A stretch of DNA of 24,000 nucleotides, taken from Thiobacillaceae bacterium (GTDB lineage: Bacteria > Pseudomonadota > Gammaproteobacteria > Burkholderiales > Thiobacillaceae). The notes under the pieces were generated by a model. The model was not told the origin of the DNA. It searched no databases and saw only the letters and a list, made by a program, of their open reading frames with translations. The stretch lies in contig DASQBT010000130.1 of the NCBI GenBank assembly GCA_035635075.1, positions 20,873-44,872 on the forward strand, in the 5' to 3' direction. The position numbers and the translations under genes were made by a program. Shown one piece after another: positions 1 to 8,163 of the stretch (positions are counted from its first letter, which is position 1; each line of letters starts with the position of its first letter).

Positions 1-110
1 GCTTGGGAGCGGTGCAGAAAAATGGTGACGCTGGCGATCGTGATATGGGTGAGGCCCAAAGTCACCACCAAATAGGCCCACCAGGGGAGCGTCAAAAGGG
101 ATAAGTGCAT
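1..110 (-). CDS. Fatty acid desaturase (delta-9/acyl-CoA desaturase type), 5' end only, runs off the left edge of the window
   Basis: Not in the supplied ORF track because it is partial. Minus-strand reading from ATG at 110 gives MHLSLLTLPWWAYLVVTLGLTHITIASVTIFLHRSQA, a hydrophobic N-terminus running into the HRSQA histidine-box region typical of membrane desaturases. Confidence 0.75.
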   Translation of the reverse strand, partial: MHLSLLTLPWWAYLVVTLGLTHITIASVTIFLHRSQ

Positions 111-153
111 GCAGGATGTCCTTGATAATCAGACAATAATTTAGACTTACATG

Positions 154-1491
154 TTATGCGCAAGCAGGCTCGGGGTCAAGAACGCCAGGCGGCATGGTGC
201 CGGGCCTGAGATGAATGTCGCGCTGCGGGAAGGGGATCTCAATGCCCGCGCTTTTGAATTGGCGCCAAATCTCCCAGTTGAGCTCCGAACGCAGGTTGAG
301 TTGACCCGCTTCCGCATCCCGAATCCAGAAGGCCAGTTCCAGGTTGATGCCGTTATCGCCAAAATCCTTCAGCAGCACCTTGGGCGTTTCGGCCGGATTG
401 TCCATGGCAACCCGGTTATGGCCCTGGGCGACGTCCAGCAAAATCTGCCTTGCCTGGTCGAGGTTGGTGTCGTAGGCAACCTGGATGGGCAGGCCTACTC
501 GGATATCGGGCTTGCTAAGCGAGTGATTAACCACCGAGGTGGTGATCAGCAGCTCGTTCGGCACGATGGTTTCGGTGCCGTCTAGGCCCTTGAGCAACGT
601 ATAACGGGTGCTGATCTCGGAAACTTGGCCGTAATAGCGTGTGTCCACGGTTACCAGGTCGCCTATGCGCACGGACCGGTCGAGCAGGATGATGAACCCT
701 GACACATAGTTGCTGGCAATTTTCTGCAGACCGAAGCCCAACCCCACTCCCAGTGCCCCGCCAAATACCGACAGCACCGTGAGATCGATGCCCACTGCAG
801 GCAGAGCCACCAGCACCGCCAGCACCAGGAGGAAGGTGCGCAAGGCCTTGGACAAGGCCAGACGCAGGCTCAGATCCATGTGCGGCATGCCCATTAATCG
901 ACTTTCAATGAACTGTGCCACCCATAGCGCGGCGATCACGGCAAAGACAATTGTGGTAGCTGCCTGAAACAGAAGCAGCAGCGAGAAACGGTGACTACCT
1001 GCTTCGAAAGACAAGGCTTCGAGCGCGCGATGGATACGCGGCAACAGACCGGTGACATGCAGAGCGAAACCACCCCAGATGATCCAGGCGACGAAACGCT
1101 CCCAGCTCCTTAGCCGTTCGCTGGGCTTGAAAACGTAGCGCAGCGCATAGATCAACGCGCGAATCAGGACCAACGCGAGGAGGAGTGGTACAACGACATT
1201 CAGCAGGTGGCGCTCGGGTTGCCAGATCCCGATAATTTCTCGTGCGATGATCACGCCCAACAAAACCAGCAGCGGAAAGCCGATACGCCGCAACGTCGCG
1301 CGTCCGGTTTCCCAGGCGTCGTCCTCCCTGTGCAGGTAGGGTTGAATCAGGCGCATCAAAAACCAGGACAGACCTACGCACAGCGCCAACGCACCCACTT
1401 GCCACATAAGGGGAATATTGTGGCTGTCCTCGATCAAGAGGGTGACCAGATTAGTGAATTCGGTTTGGGTTTGCATAAAAGAAAACAGCAC
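154..1491 (-). CDS. Mechanosensitive ion channel, MscS family (start may be ATG at 1476 rather than GTG at 1491)
   Basis: 445 aa; several N-terminal TM helices, then the MscS core 'LSVFGGALGVGLGFGLQKIASNYVSGFIILLDRSVRIGDLVTVD...G.V..I..RYTLLKGLDGTETIVPNELL'. Confidence 0.93.
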   Translation of the reverse strand: MLFSFMQTQTEFTNLVTLLIEDSHNIPLMWQVGALALCVGLSWFLMRLIQPYLHREDDAWETGRATLRRIGFPLLVLLGVIIAREIIGIWQPERHLLNVVVPLLLALVLIRALIYALRYVFKPSERLRSWERFVAWIIWGGFALHVTGLLPRIHRALEALSFEAGSHRFSLLLLFQAATTIVFAVIAALWVAQFIESRLMGMPHMDLSLRLALSKALRTFLLVLAVLVALPAVGIDLTVLSVFGGALGVGLGFGLQKIASNYVSGFIILLDRSVRIGDLVTVDTRYYGQVSEISTRYTLLKGLDGTETIVPNELLITTSVVNHSLSKPDIRVGLPIQVAYDTNLDQARQILLDVAQGHNRVAMDNPAETPKVLLKDFGDNGINLELAFWIRDAEAGQLNLRSELNWEIWRQFKSAGIEIPFPQRDIHLRPGTMPPGVLDPEPACA

Positions 1492-1529
1492 GGCTATCCG
1501 TGCTGCTGATTATACCGGGCTGGAACAGA

Positions 1530-2750
1530 TCAGAAGGTGTGGGTGTACTGGGCGCTCAGGATGTCCACATGGAACTTGTAACTCCCAGGCAAGGGCACGG
1601 CAAGACTCGTGTTCTGCGCAAGGCTGGGATCCTTTATGAATAGATGTGCATAGCCCACATCGATCACGTCCTTCTTGCTGGCCTGATAACCCATGCCCAG
1701 CGCAACCCAGGTGCGGTCGTTATCCGGAATCCGCGGAGTACGATAAGCATCGGGAACCGGGGACTGGTCATAGGCGAGCCCGCCCCGCAGCTTCAGTGTG
1801 TCGTTGAGCTTGTAGGTTGCACCCACGGAAAAGCGCCAAGTGTCGTCCCAGTTTTCCGTGGTGGATGTAAGCGTGGTGCCGGTGGTACGGACGATGGTGA
1901 GCTTATCAAATACGCTCCAGGCGGTGTAACTGATGTCGCCCAGCAAGGTCAGGTCCGGGCTGATTTGTTTGACGATACTCAAGGATGCAATATCAGGTAA
2001 GGTAAGATCGGCCGTTATTGGGGTATTCGCTAAAGGCGAGCCGGCAAATGTGGCATCGCCTTCCAACTTGTGCTTAATACGGGAACGGTAAGAAAAGCCT
2101 ATACGAGTGTTGCTGTCCAATTCATACAAGAGTCCAGCGTTAGCGCCTATACCCCAGTCGTCAGCTTTGACCGTTCCTGCACCAGCGGAGGCGCCGCCAT
2201 AGAGCGGAGGTACGAAATTGGAAAGTTCTGCCTTGGCGTAATCAATGCTGACCCCTATGCCTACCGAGAGCTGATCGCCAAACCGGGTCGCCAGGCTGGG
2301 ATTAATGTTGATCGTCTTGAGGTCGGATTTAAGGGCGGAGAATTGCCCCACCCAGCCTATGTCATAGTCGGTTTTCAGCCCGAACGGCGCGTTCACACCC
2401 AGACCAAAACGGGTCGCTGGGGACAAGGCCATGACGTAGTAGAAATTGGGCACCGCGGACAAACTGCCCGCATCCCCTCCATCGTTGGTCTCAGGATTGC
2501 CGTCGGAGTATTTCGCGCTAGGAAGAATAAGATGCAGTGCGGCTGCCACCTGCCGGTTGGGCAGTGTGGTCATGCCCGCCGGATTGAAGAATACCGTGCT
2601 GGCATCTTCCGCCGACGCCGCGGCGCCGGCAAAGGCATTGCCCAGCCCGCTGGCGCTTTGCTCGATCAAGGCGAAGCCGGACGCGAAGGTCGCCCCAGGC
2701 AGGCCGGCGATGACAAGAATTGCGAGCTGCTTGATGTGGAATGATTTCAT
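1530..2750 (-). CDS. Outer membrane protein transport protein, OmpP1/FadL/TodX family
   Basis: Signal peptide MKSFHIKQLAILVIAGLPGATFASGFALIEQSASGLGNAFAGAAASAEDASTVFFNPAGM is the FadL N-terminal signature; C-terminal beta strand ends in F. ATG at 2750 is preceded by AAGGAG, so the track start at 2810 is probably too long. Confidence 0.94.
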   Translation of the reverse strand: MKSFHIKQLAILVIAGLPGATFASGFALIEQSASGLGNAFAGAAASAEDASTVFFNPAGMTTLPNRQVAAALHLILPSAKYSDGNPETNDGGDAGSLSAVPNFYYVMALSPATRFGLGVNAPFGLKTDYDIGWVGQFSALKSDLKTININPSLATRFGDQLSVGIGVSIDYAKAELSNFVPPLYGGASAGAGTVKADDWGIGANAGLLYELDSNTRIGFSYRSRIKHKLEGDATFAGSPLANTPITADLTLPDIASLSIVKQISPDLTLLGDISYTAWSVFDKLTIVRTTGTTLTSTTENWDDTWRFSVGATYKLNDTLKLRGGLAYDQSPVPDAYRTPRIPDNDRTWVALGMGYQASKKDVIDVGYAHLFIKDPSLAQNTSLAVPLPGSYKFHVDILSAQYTHTF

Positions 2751-2901
2751 AATTCTCCTTGGATCGCGTCGGTCGCGGTGGTCGATGTAGAGCTCAATAG
2801 CGGCGGGCACAATTCTGCCCGTTCCCGGTTCAATCGCAGGACATGCAAAATCAATAACGGATCAAACGTCAGATTATTGAGGCGATCCGGCCAGCGAGCA
2901 T

Positions 2902-2922
2902 CCCAGGCCGGCTGCGCCTGGG
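2902..2922 (-). terminator. Perfect 7-bp hairpin downstream of the acyl-CoA synthetase gene, possible terminator without a U tract
   Basis: cccaggc-cggctgc-gcctggg, about 27 nt after the acyl-CoA synthetase stop codon on the minus strand. Confidence 0.4.
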
Positions 2923-2948
2923 CAGCTCAAGGTGCAAGTTTGGGCGCC

Positions 2949-4766
2949 TTAATAGCCGGACAAATTCTTGTACATGGCCTCGATGGCTTCTTGGTATTTT
3001 TCTTGTAGTTGCTTGCGCTTCATCTTCAGGGTGGGGGTGAGCAGGCCATTTTCCACCGTCCAGGGTTCCAGGGTCGGATACAGTCTGCGCACCTGCGCAT
3101 AGCCCGGAAACCCCTTGAGTCTTTCCGCAATTCTCGCAAGCAGAGCTTTATTTACCCGGCTGTCAGCCAACGCATCAGCGCGGTACGAATTGATGTTCTG
3201 CTCCTCGCAGAACGAGTGCCAGTGTTCCTCATTCAGCACGGCCACGCAGGCCAGACAGGGCCTGCTCTCGCCGACTATCATGACCTGTGCAAACAGGGGA
3301 TCAAGGGCAATGGCGGCTTCCATGTCTCCGGGCGACGCCTTTTCGCCGTTGTTGAGGACGATAATATCCTTGATGCGGCCGACAATATACAGATAGCCTT
3401 GCTCGTCCATCCGCGCCAAATCGCCCGTGCGCAGCCAGCCGGCGCCATCAATGACGGCCATCGTGGCCTCCGGGTTGTCCCAGTAGCCGCGCATGACGCA
3501 GCGGCTGCGGCTGAGCAGTTCATTGTTTGCATCGATCTTGATTTCGACACCGGGCAAGGCCTTGCCGATGCTGGCTGGCTTGTTGGATCCGGGGCGATTG
3601 ACAGAGACAACCGGGCTGGCTTCCGTCAGCCCGTAGCCCTGATACACCGGTACCCCCAAGCCGACAAACATCCGCGCGATATCAGGGGATAGGGCAGCGC
3701 CCCCGGAAACGGCCACCTTCAGTTTGCCGCCCAATTTCTCCACGATGTCGTCCGCGACCAGCCTCTTTAACAATGGCCAGGCAAGCAGCTTGGGGTGCCA
3801 GGCCGCCCTTCCCTGTGCGTGTTCAAAATGGTGCCAACCCACTTCTACTGCGGACTGAAAAATCCTCTGGGCAAGCGCGCCCTTCTTGGCAAGCGCATCC
3901 TGGATACGGGCATAGACCCGCTCATAGATGCGCGGAACCGAAACCAGCACGGTGGGCTGTATGACCTGCAGGTCCTGGCTCAACAGCGCTATGGAGCGGG
4001 CAAATACGACCTCGCTTCCCAACAGCATCGGCAGGTAATATCCCGCCGTGCGCTCCAGCGTGTGGGAAAGCGGCAAGAAAGAAAGAAAAATCTCGTCCGG
4101 TGCAAAATCGAGGCATAGGCTCGCATACCAAGCGTTCCAGAGCATGTTGTCGTGAGTAAGCATAACTCCCTTTGGCTTTCCGGTCGTGCCCGACGTATAT
4201 ACGATGGATGCAAGCATGTCCGGAGTGAGCCGACGTTGCGGGATCGCGATGCCCGCGGCGGCATTCAGCCAATCATCGGCCAGGACAAATTTAGGGTTCC
4301 AGTCAGCCAGGCGTTCAGGCGACAACAGGCTGATGACGCGCTCCAGCCTGTGCGAGGTGGAGACAATTTCCGCGACCTTGCGGTGCTGGAAACGGCCCTC
4401 GACCAGCAGCAATCTGGCTCCCGCGTTGTCTATAATCCAGGCCGCGCTGTCGGGTCGATCATCCAGATAGAGCGGCACGGTTACAAGGCCAAGACTCAAC
4501 GCGGCCTGATCGAAGATGATCCACTCCACGCAATTCTTCAGCATGACCGCCACGCGGTCGCCGGGTGCCAGGCCTTCTTTTACCAGCGCGGCCTGCCAGC
4601 GGGTAACCTCCCGGCTGACCTGCCCCCAGGACCACGACGTCCAGGTTTGTGTGGCGGGATCAAATTGGCGATAGGCGGCCTTGTCTGGAGCGCTGGCAAC
4701 CCTTGCCTGAAAAAGCCCGTTCAGGGTGGCGACGCGATCCGGCTGAATGGGAGTGTTAGCGGGCAT
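2949..4766 (-). CDS. AMP-dependent long-chain fatty acyl-CoA synthetase/ligase
   Basis: AMP-binding motif 'ASIVYTSGTTGKPKGVMLTHDNMLWN', 'YQGYGLTEASPVVSVNRP', 'GWLRTGDLARMDEQGYLYIVGRIKDIIVLNNGEKASPGDME'. Start chosen at MPANTPIQ; the track start at 4778 is an alternative. Confidence 0.95.
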   Translation of the reverse strand: MPANTPIQPDRVATLNGLFQARVASAPDKAAYRQFDPATQTWTSWSWGQVSREVTRWQAALVKEGLAPGDRVAVMLKNCVEWIIFDQAALSLGLVTVPLYLDDRPDSAAWIIDNAGARLLLVEGRFQHRKVAEIVSTSHRLERVISLLSPERLADWNPKFVLADDWLNAAAGIAIPQRRLTPDMLASIVYTSGTTGKPKGVMLTHDNMLWNAWYASLCLDFAPDEIFLSFLPLSHTLERTAGYYLPMLLGSEVVFARSIALLSQDLQVIQPTVLVSVPRIYERVYARIQDALAKKGALAQRIFQSAVEVGWHHFEHAQGRAAWHPKLLAWPLLKRLVADDIVEKLGGKLKVAVSGGAALSPDIARMFVGLGVPVYQGYGLTEASPVVSVNRPGSNKPASIGKALPGVEIKIDANNELLSRSRCVMRGYWDNPEATMAVIDGAGWLRTGDLARMDEQGYLYIVGRIKDIIVLNNGEKASPGDMEAAIALDPLFAQVMIVGESRPCLACVAVLNEEHWHSFCEEQNINSYRADALADSRVNKALLARIAERLKGFPGYAQVRRLYPTLEPWTVENGLLTPTLKMKRKQLQEKYQEAIEAMYKNLSGY

Positions 4767-4832
4767 CGTGCAATTCAATCACGTTGAATATTGATTGCCT
4801 AGCAAACATCCTGATCAAGGCGCCCCAATCGG

Positions 4833-6095
4833 TCAGCGCTGCTTTTCCAGAATGGCCGCGAAGAAACCATCGGTGTGATGCCGAACCGGGTCCATTTCCA
4901 GATATTCGCCCATCGTCAAGGGGATGCGCTGGGAGGCGAGCAACTCGCCGGCTGGCAAAAGCCGGAATTCGGGATGTTCGTTCAGGAAGTCCTCCACAAT
5001 GGCCTGGTTTTCCGCCCACAGGAGGCTGCAGGTGGCGTACACGAGGCGTCCGCCGGGCTTGAGGAGTCTTGCCGCGGCCCTGATCAGGCTGGCCTGTTTC
5101 CGGTTCAGTTCATCTACGCTGTCCGGGCTGTGCCGGTACTTGAGATCCGGGTTGCGGCGCACCGTGCCCAAGCCTGAGCAGGGCGCATCCACCAGTACCC
5201 GGTCCAATTTTGCCGCCAAGCGCTTGAGCCGGCTGTCCTGCTCACTGGTGATTAGTTGCGGCGTGACGTTGGACAGGCCGGAACGTTTGAGCCGGGGGGA
5301 CAACTTGGCGAGACGCTTTTCATTGACATCGAAAGCATACAGCCGTCCGCTGGAGGCCATGAGCGCGCCCAAGGCAAGGGTCTTGCCGCCCGCCCCTGCG
5401 CACAGGTCTGCCACCATTTCACCACGCCGCGCACCGAGCAGAACCGGGATCAACTGGCTGCCCTCATCCTGCACTTCGATGGCGCCGGATTTGAACAGGC
5501 TCAGCCTGGCCAGATCCGGATGGCCGGTGAGGCGTATGCCTGTCGGGGAATAGGGCGTGGGAGTTGCTTTCAGTCCAAGTTTCTCCAGTTCAGCCAATAC
5601 TGCTTCACGGCTGGACTTAAGCGTGTTGACGCGCAGATCCAGGGCAGCCGGGTTTTGCATGGCGCGGCCCAATTCCAGGATTCGTTCCGCGCTGCGCTGG
5701 GTATGGAGCGCGTCCACTACCCAGTCAGGCCACTCAGCCCGGACTGCCAGCGGGGGGGCGGAAGGCGCCGCTGCCTTGAGACCGGCCAGCGTTTCGCCTT
5801 CACCCTTTTTCATCGCAGGCTCCAGTTCCCGGATGCTCATGCCGCTAATCTTGACAAGCCAGAGCAACAATAGCAGACGGGGACTGGCATTGGGACTCTG
5901 CCATTGCAGGCTGCGCAGATGGCGCAGCACGCCGAAGATGCTGTCGGCCATGAAGGCACGCTGGTCCCGTCCCAGCGTCGGGTTGCGGCGAAAATGGCTG
6001 GAGAGCAGACTGTCTGCCGGGGCTGCGAAGGTGAGCACGTCTCCCAACAGGACGCTGGTTTCGCGCAGCAGTGGGGGCGTAAACTTTAAAGGCAT
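4833..6095 (-). CDS. RsmB/NOP family class I SAM-dependent RNA (cytosine-5) methyltransferase
   Basis: SAM-binding 'VADLCAGAGGKTLALGALM', catalytic 'VLVDAPCSGLGTVRRNPDLKYRHSPDSV', 'RLVYATCSLLWAENQAIVEDFL' and C-terminal 'HHTDGFFAAILEK'. Confidence 0.93.
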   Translation of the reverse strand: MPLKFTPPLLRETSVLLGDVLTFAAPADSLLSSHFRRNPTLGRDQRAFMADSIFGVLRHLRSLQWQSPNASPRLLLLLWLVKISGMSIRELEPAMKKGEGETLAGLKAAAPSAPPLAVRAEWPDWVVDALHTQRSAERILELGRAMQNPAALDLRVNTLKSSREAVLAELEKLGLKATPTPYSPTGIRLTGHPDLARLSLFKSGAIEVQDEGSQLIPVLLGARRGEMVADLCAGAGGKTLALGALMASSGRLYAFDVNEKRLAKLSPRLKRSGLSNVTPQLITSEQDSRLKRLAAKLDRVLVDAPCSGLGTVRRNPDLKYRHSPDSVDELNRKQASLIRAAARLLKPGGRLVYATCSLLWAENQAIVEDFLNEHPEFRLLPAGELLASQRIPLTMGEYLEMDPVRHHTDGFFAAILEKQR

Positions 6096-6107
6096 GAGAG
6101 ACCAAGC

Positions 6108-6527
6108 ATGAAGATGTCGCTGTACCGCGGCGATGAGATTTTACGCGAACCTCGCTATCTTCCCGCGCCGACTTACAACCTGGCCCACACGCTGCGGACC
6201 CGCTCAAGCGGCTGTGTCTTTGTGCCCGTCCGCACCATGCAGTACCTGGCGATCATCGATGCGGAAGAAATCGTGTTTGTCGATCGCGAGGTGTCCCAGC
6301 TGATTCAACTGGCCTGGCAGCATTTTCGGCCGCAGGCACGGACTGCGCTGGATGAACGGGTGCCCTATGAAGTAGCGTACTACGTGCCCAATGCGCTGCA
6401 GCTCATGGCTCGTTTGCAAGTCGAGTTTCCGCGCGCCCTGCACCTGCTGTCCGAGAAAAGCCGCTCGCAAGAACGGGCCGTGGTTCTGGATTTGAACACC
6501 CTGTCTTCCCATCCCAAGGAAGATTAG
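6108..6527 (+). CDS. Conserved hypothetical protein, 139 aa, no recognised domain
   Basis: Open frame filling the space between rsmB-like and the 98-aa gene; balanced composition. Alternative in-frame ATG at 6114. Stop overlaps the convergent neighbour's stop. Confidence 0.75.
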   Translation: MKMSLYRGDEILREPRYLPAPTYNLAHTLRTRSSGCVFVPVRTMQYLAIIDAEEIVFVDREVSQLIQLAWQHFRPQARTALDERVPYEVAYYVPNALQLMARLQVEFPRALHLLSEKSRSQERAVVLDLNTLSSHPKED

Positions 6528-6820
6528 TCGTCGTCCCCGAGCTCTGGATTCCAACCCTTTTGCCTGGCGACAGCGGTGGCTCGGGCGTAGATGTCGGTAT
6601 GCCGCAGCTTGAGTTCGGGTGGCAGTCGGCTTGGCAGATTGCCGTACTTGTCCCACTCAATCTCGACCTTTTCCATCAGCGTTTGCATCCGTCCCAGATC
6701 CCAGCCTGCGCAGTCCTCGGTTTCGGGGATGATGCCGAACAGCCAGCCATCCAGAACGATGCGGCCCAATTGGGTCATGCCATGCTTGTCGTTGCGAAAG
6801 CCGACGTACTTTTCTTTCAT
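6524..6820 (-). CDS. Small hypothetical protein, 98 aa, with WDKYGNLP ... GWNPELG signature
   Basis: ORF starts at 6820 with an ATGA overlap to the stop of the upstream psiE-like gene (6817), indicating translational coupling. A related sequence lies at 7895..8113. Confidence 0.8.
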   Translation of the reverse strand: MKEKYVGFRNDKHGMTQLGRIVLDGWLFGIIPETEDCAGWDLGRMQTLMEKVEIEWDKYGNLPSRLPPELKLRHTDIYARATAVARQKGWNPELGDDD

Positions 6821-7212
6821 TCGTTGTCCTTGTACGGCATCCGGGTTTGGCCATAGCGCAGCAGCAGCGCGCTGAGGGTCAGCATGAGAATGGCGCCGGT
6901 AATTGCGATAAGGGTAAGCTTGTCCATTTCCTTCATGCCCAGGACAATATAGCGGGTCAAGGCCACAATCGCGATATAAATGGGGTAGCGCACCGGCAGC
7001 TTGCCTTCCTTGTAGTACAGCCCCAGCATCGTGATGATTTCAAGATAGAGAAACAGCAGCAGCAGGTCCGACAAGCTGACTCTGCCGACCTCGAACATGG
7101 TCCTTACTTCACTAAATCCTGCTGCTAGCGTTGCGGCGAGTATGAGAAGCAGGCCGAGATTTTCGACCCATTGAAGGAGGGACAAGGCAATCCGGTTGTG
7201 TTGTTGCAGCAT
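6817..7212 (-). CDS. PsiE-family (phosphate-starvation-inducible PsiE) membrane protein
   Basis: MLQQHNRIALSLLQWVENLGLLLILAATLAAGFSEVRTMF...LLLLFLYLEIITMLGLYYKEGKLPVRYPIYIAIVALTRYIVL matches the PsiE pattern. The extra 49 residues of the track ORF are Cys/Trp/Arg-rich and likely non-coding; ATG at 7212 preferred. Confidence 0.85.
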   Translation of the reverse strand: MLQQHNRIALSLLQWVENLGLLLILAATLAAGFSEVRTMFEVGRVSLSDLLLLFLYLEIITMLGLYYKEGKLPVRYPIYIAIVALTRYIVLGMKEMDKLTLIAITGAILMLTLSALLLRYGQTRMPYKDNE

Positions 7213-7258
7213 TGTGCCCTTTCGATTCTGCTCAATAGATTCTAGCCGATCAGCTGGC

Positions 7259-7795
7259 TCAAAACCGACGCGGCTCCAGCGAAGCATCCAGATTGAGGCC
7301 ATCGCACAACAGCAGGAACTCCTCGCGCAGCGCAACCAGGGAAGACCCGGGAGGCACACCCACGGTCATGTGCACGGCAAACATGGGGCTGCCGGTGTGT
7401 GGGGCCGGGTAGGTGTCGGTGGAAAGGTCCTCGATGTTGATCCCGCGCTGGGCGAAGAAACCGGACAGATTCTTGACGATGCCTGGATGATCCAGTGCGA
7501 CTACCTCCACTTCATAGGGCAGGGTGGTTTGCGGATTTCGCATCTGGGTGCGCCTCGCGGTCAGGCTCAAACCGAGGGACTCGCCCAGGCCGGGAAGGGA
7601 ATGCTCCAGGGCGGCAACGCTAGCGGAATCTCCGGAAACCAGCACCACCAGGGCAAAGGAGCCGCCCAGCACCGCCATGCGGGATTCCTCGATGTTGCAG
7701 CCGGAGTCGGTCACCTGGCTGGAGAAGCGATCCACCAATCCCACCTTGTCCTCGCCAGATGCGGTAATGACCAGAAACGCCGGGTTGGGAATCAT
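7259..7795 (-). CDS. ACT-domain protein, GcvR-like (glycine cleavage system transcriptional repressor family)
   Basis: 178 aa with two ACT-like repeats: 'FLVITASGEDKVGLVDRFSSQVTDSGCNIEESRMAVLGGSFALVVLVSG' and 'YEVEVVALDHPGIVKNLSGFFAQRGINIEDLSTDTYPAPHTGSPMFAVHMTVGVP'. Confidence 0.85.
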   Translation of the reverse strand: MIPNPAFLVITASGEDKVGLVDRFSSQVTDSGCNIEESRMAVLGGSFALVVLVSGDSASVAALEHSLPGLGESLGLSLTARRTQMRNPQTTLPYEVEVVALDHPGIVKNLSGFFAQRGINIEDLSTDTYPAPHTGSPMFAVHMTVGVPPGSSLVALREEFLLLCDGLNLDASLEPRRF

Positions 7796-7894
7796 GCGTG
7801 GCTCCAGTATCTAGATTTCTGCCATTTTAGCCGGTTAACCCGGCATAGGCGTCAAGCGGACAGATGATGAGTCACGACGCAAGGTCTGCTAGGC

Positions 7895-8113
7895 CTATTT
7901 CGTGCCGGGTGAAATCAGGTAAACAGACCTTGGTAATTCATGCTCGCCCAGTCCGGGATTCCAGCCCGTTGACCCGGCAGAATCAGTGGCTTCGGCACGC
8001 GGTTTCTGGTGGCACTGGCCAAAGGGGGGGCAGTTCGGCAGCTTACCGTAATTGTCCCATTCCACTTCCGCCTTCCATCCGTATCTGCGTGCGGCCGGCA
8101 TGTCCAGGAACAC
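7895..8113 (-). pseudogene. Probable remnant or divergent paralog of the 98-aa WDxYGxLP/GWNPxLG protein encoded at 6524..6820
   Basis: Translation contains AEVEWDNYGKLPNC-PPF and, at near-identical spacing, GWNPGLGEHE, against VEIEWDKYGNLPSRLPPE and GWNPELGDDD in the 98-aa protein. The N-terminal half of the 98-aa protein is not recognisable here. Confidence 0.5.
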
Positions 8114-8163
8114 CGCCAGGAATGGAGCTTATGTCGGCCCGGGTTCGCCGTGCCCCACCCGAT

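Noticed and set aside
6524-6820. Similarity of GWNPELG in the 98-aa protein to KKGWNPAIE in CbbS
   Set aside because: Only a four-residue GWNP match plus a nearby Lys; the rest of the sequences do not align, so no RuBisCO small-subunit relationship is claimed.
7830-7844. GCCGG-TTAAC-CCGGC hairpin upstream of the gcvR-like gene
   Set aside because: Five-bp stem with no T tract, easily expected by chance in this GC-rich sequence.
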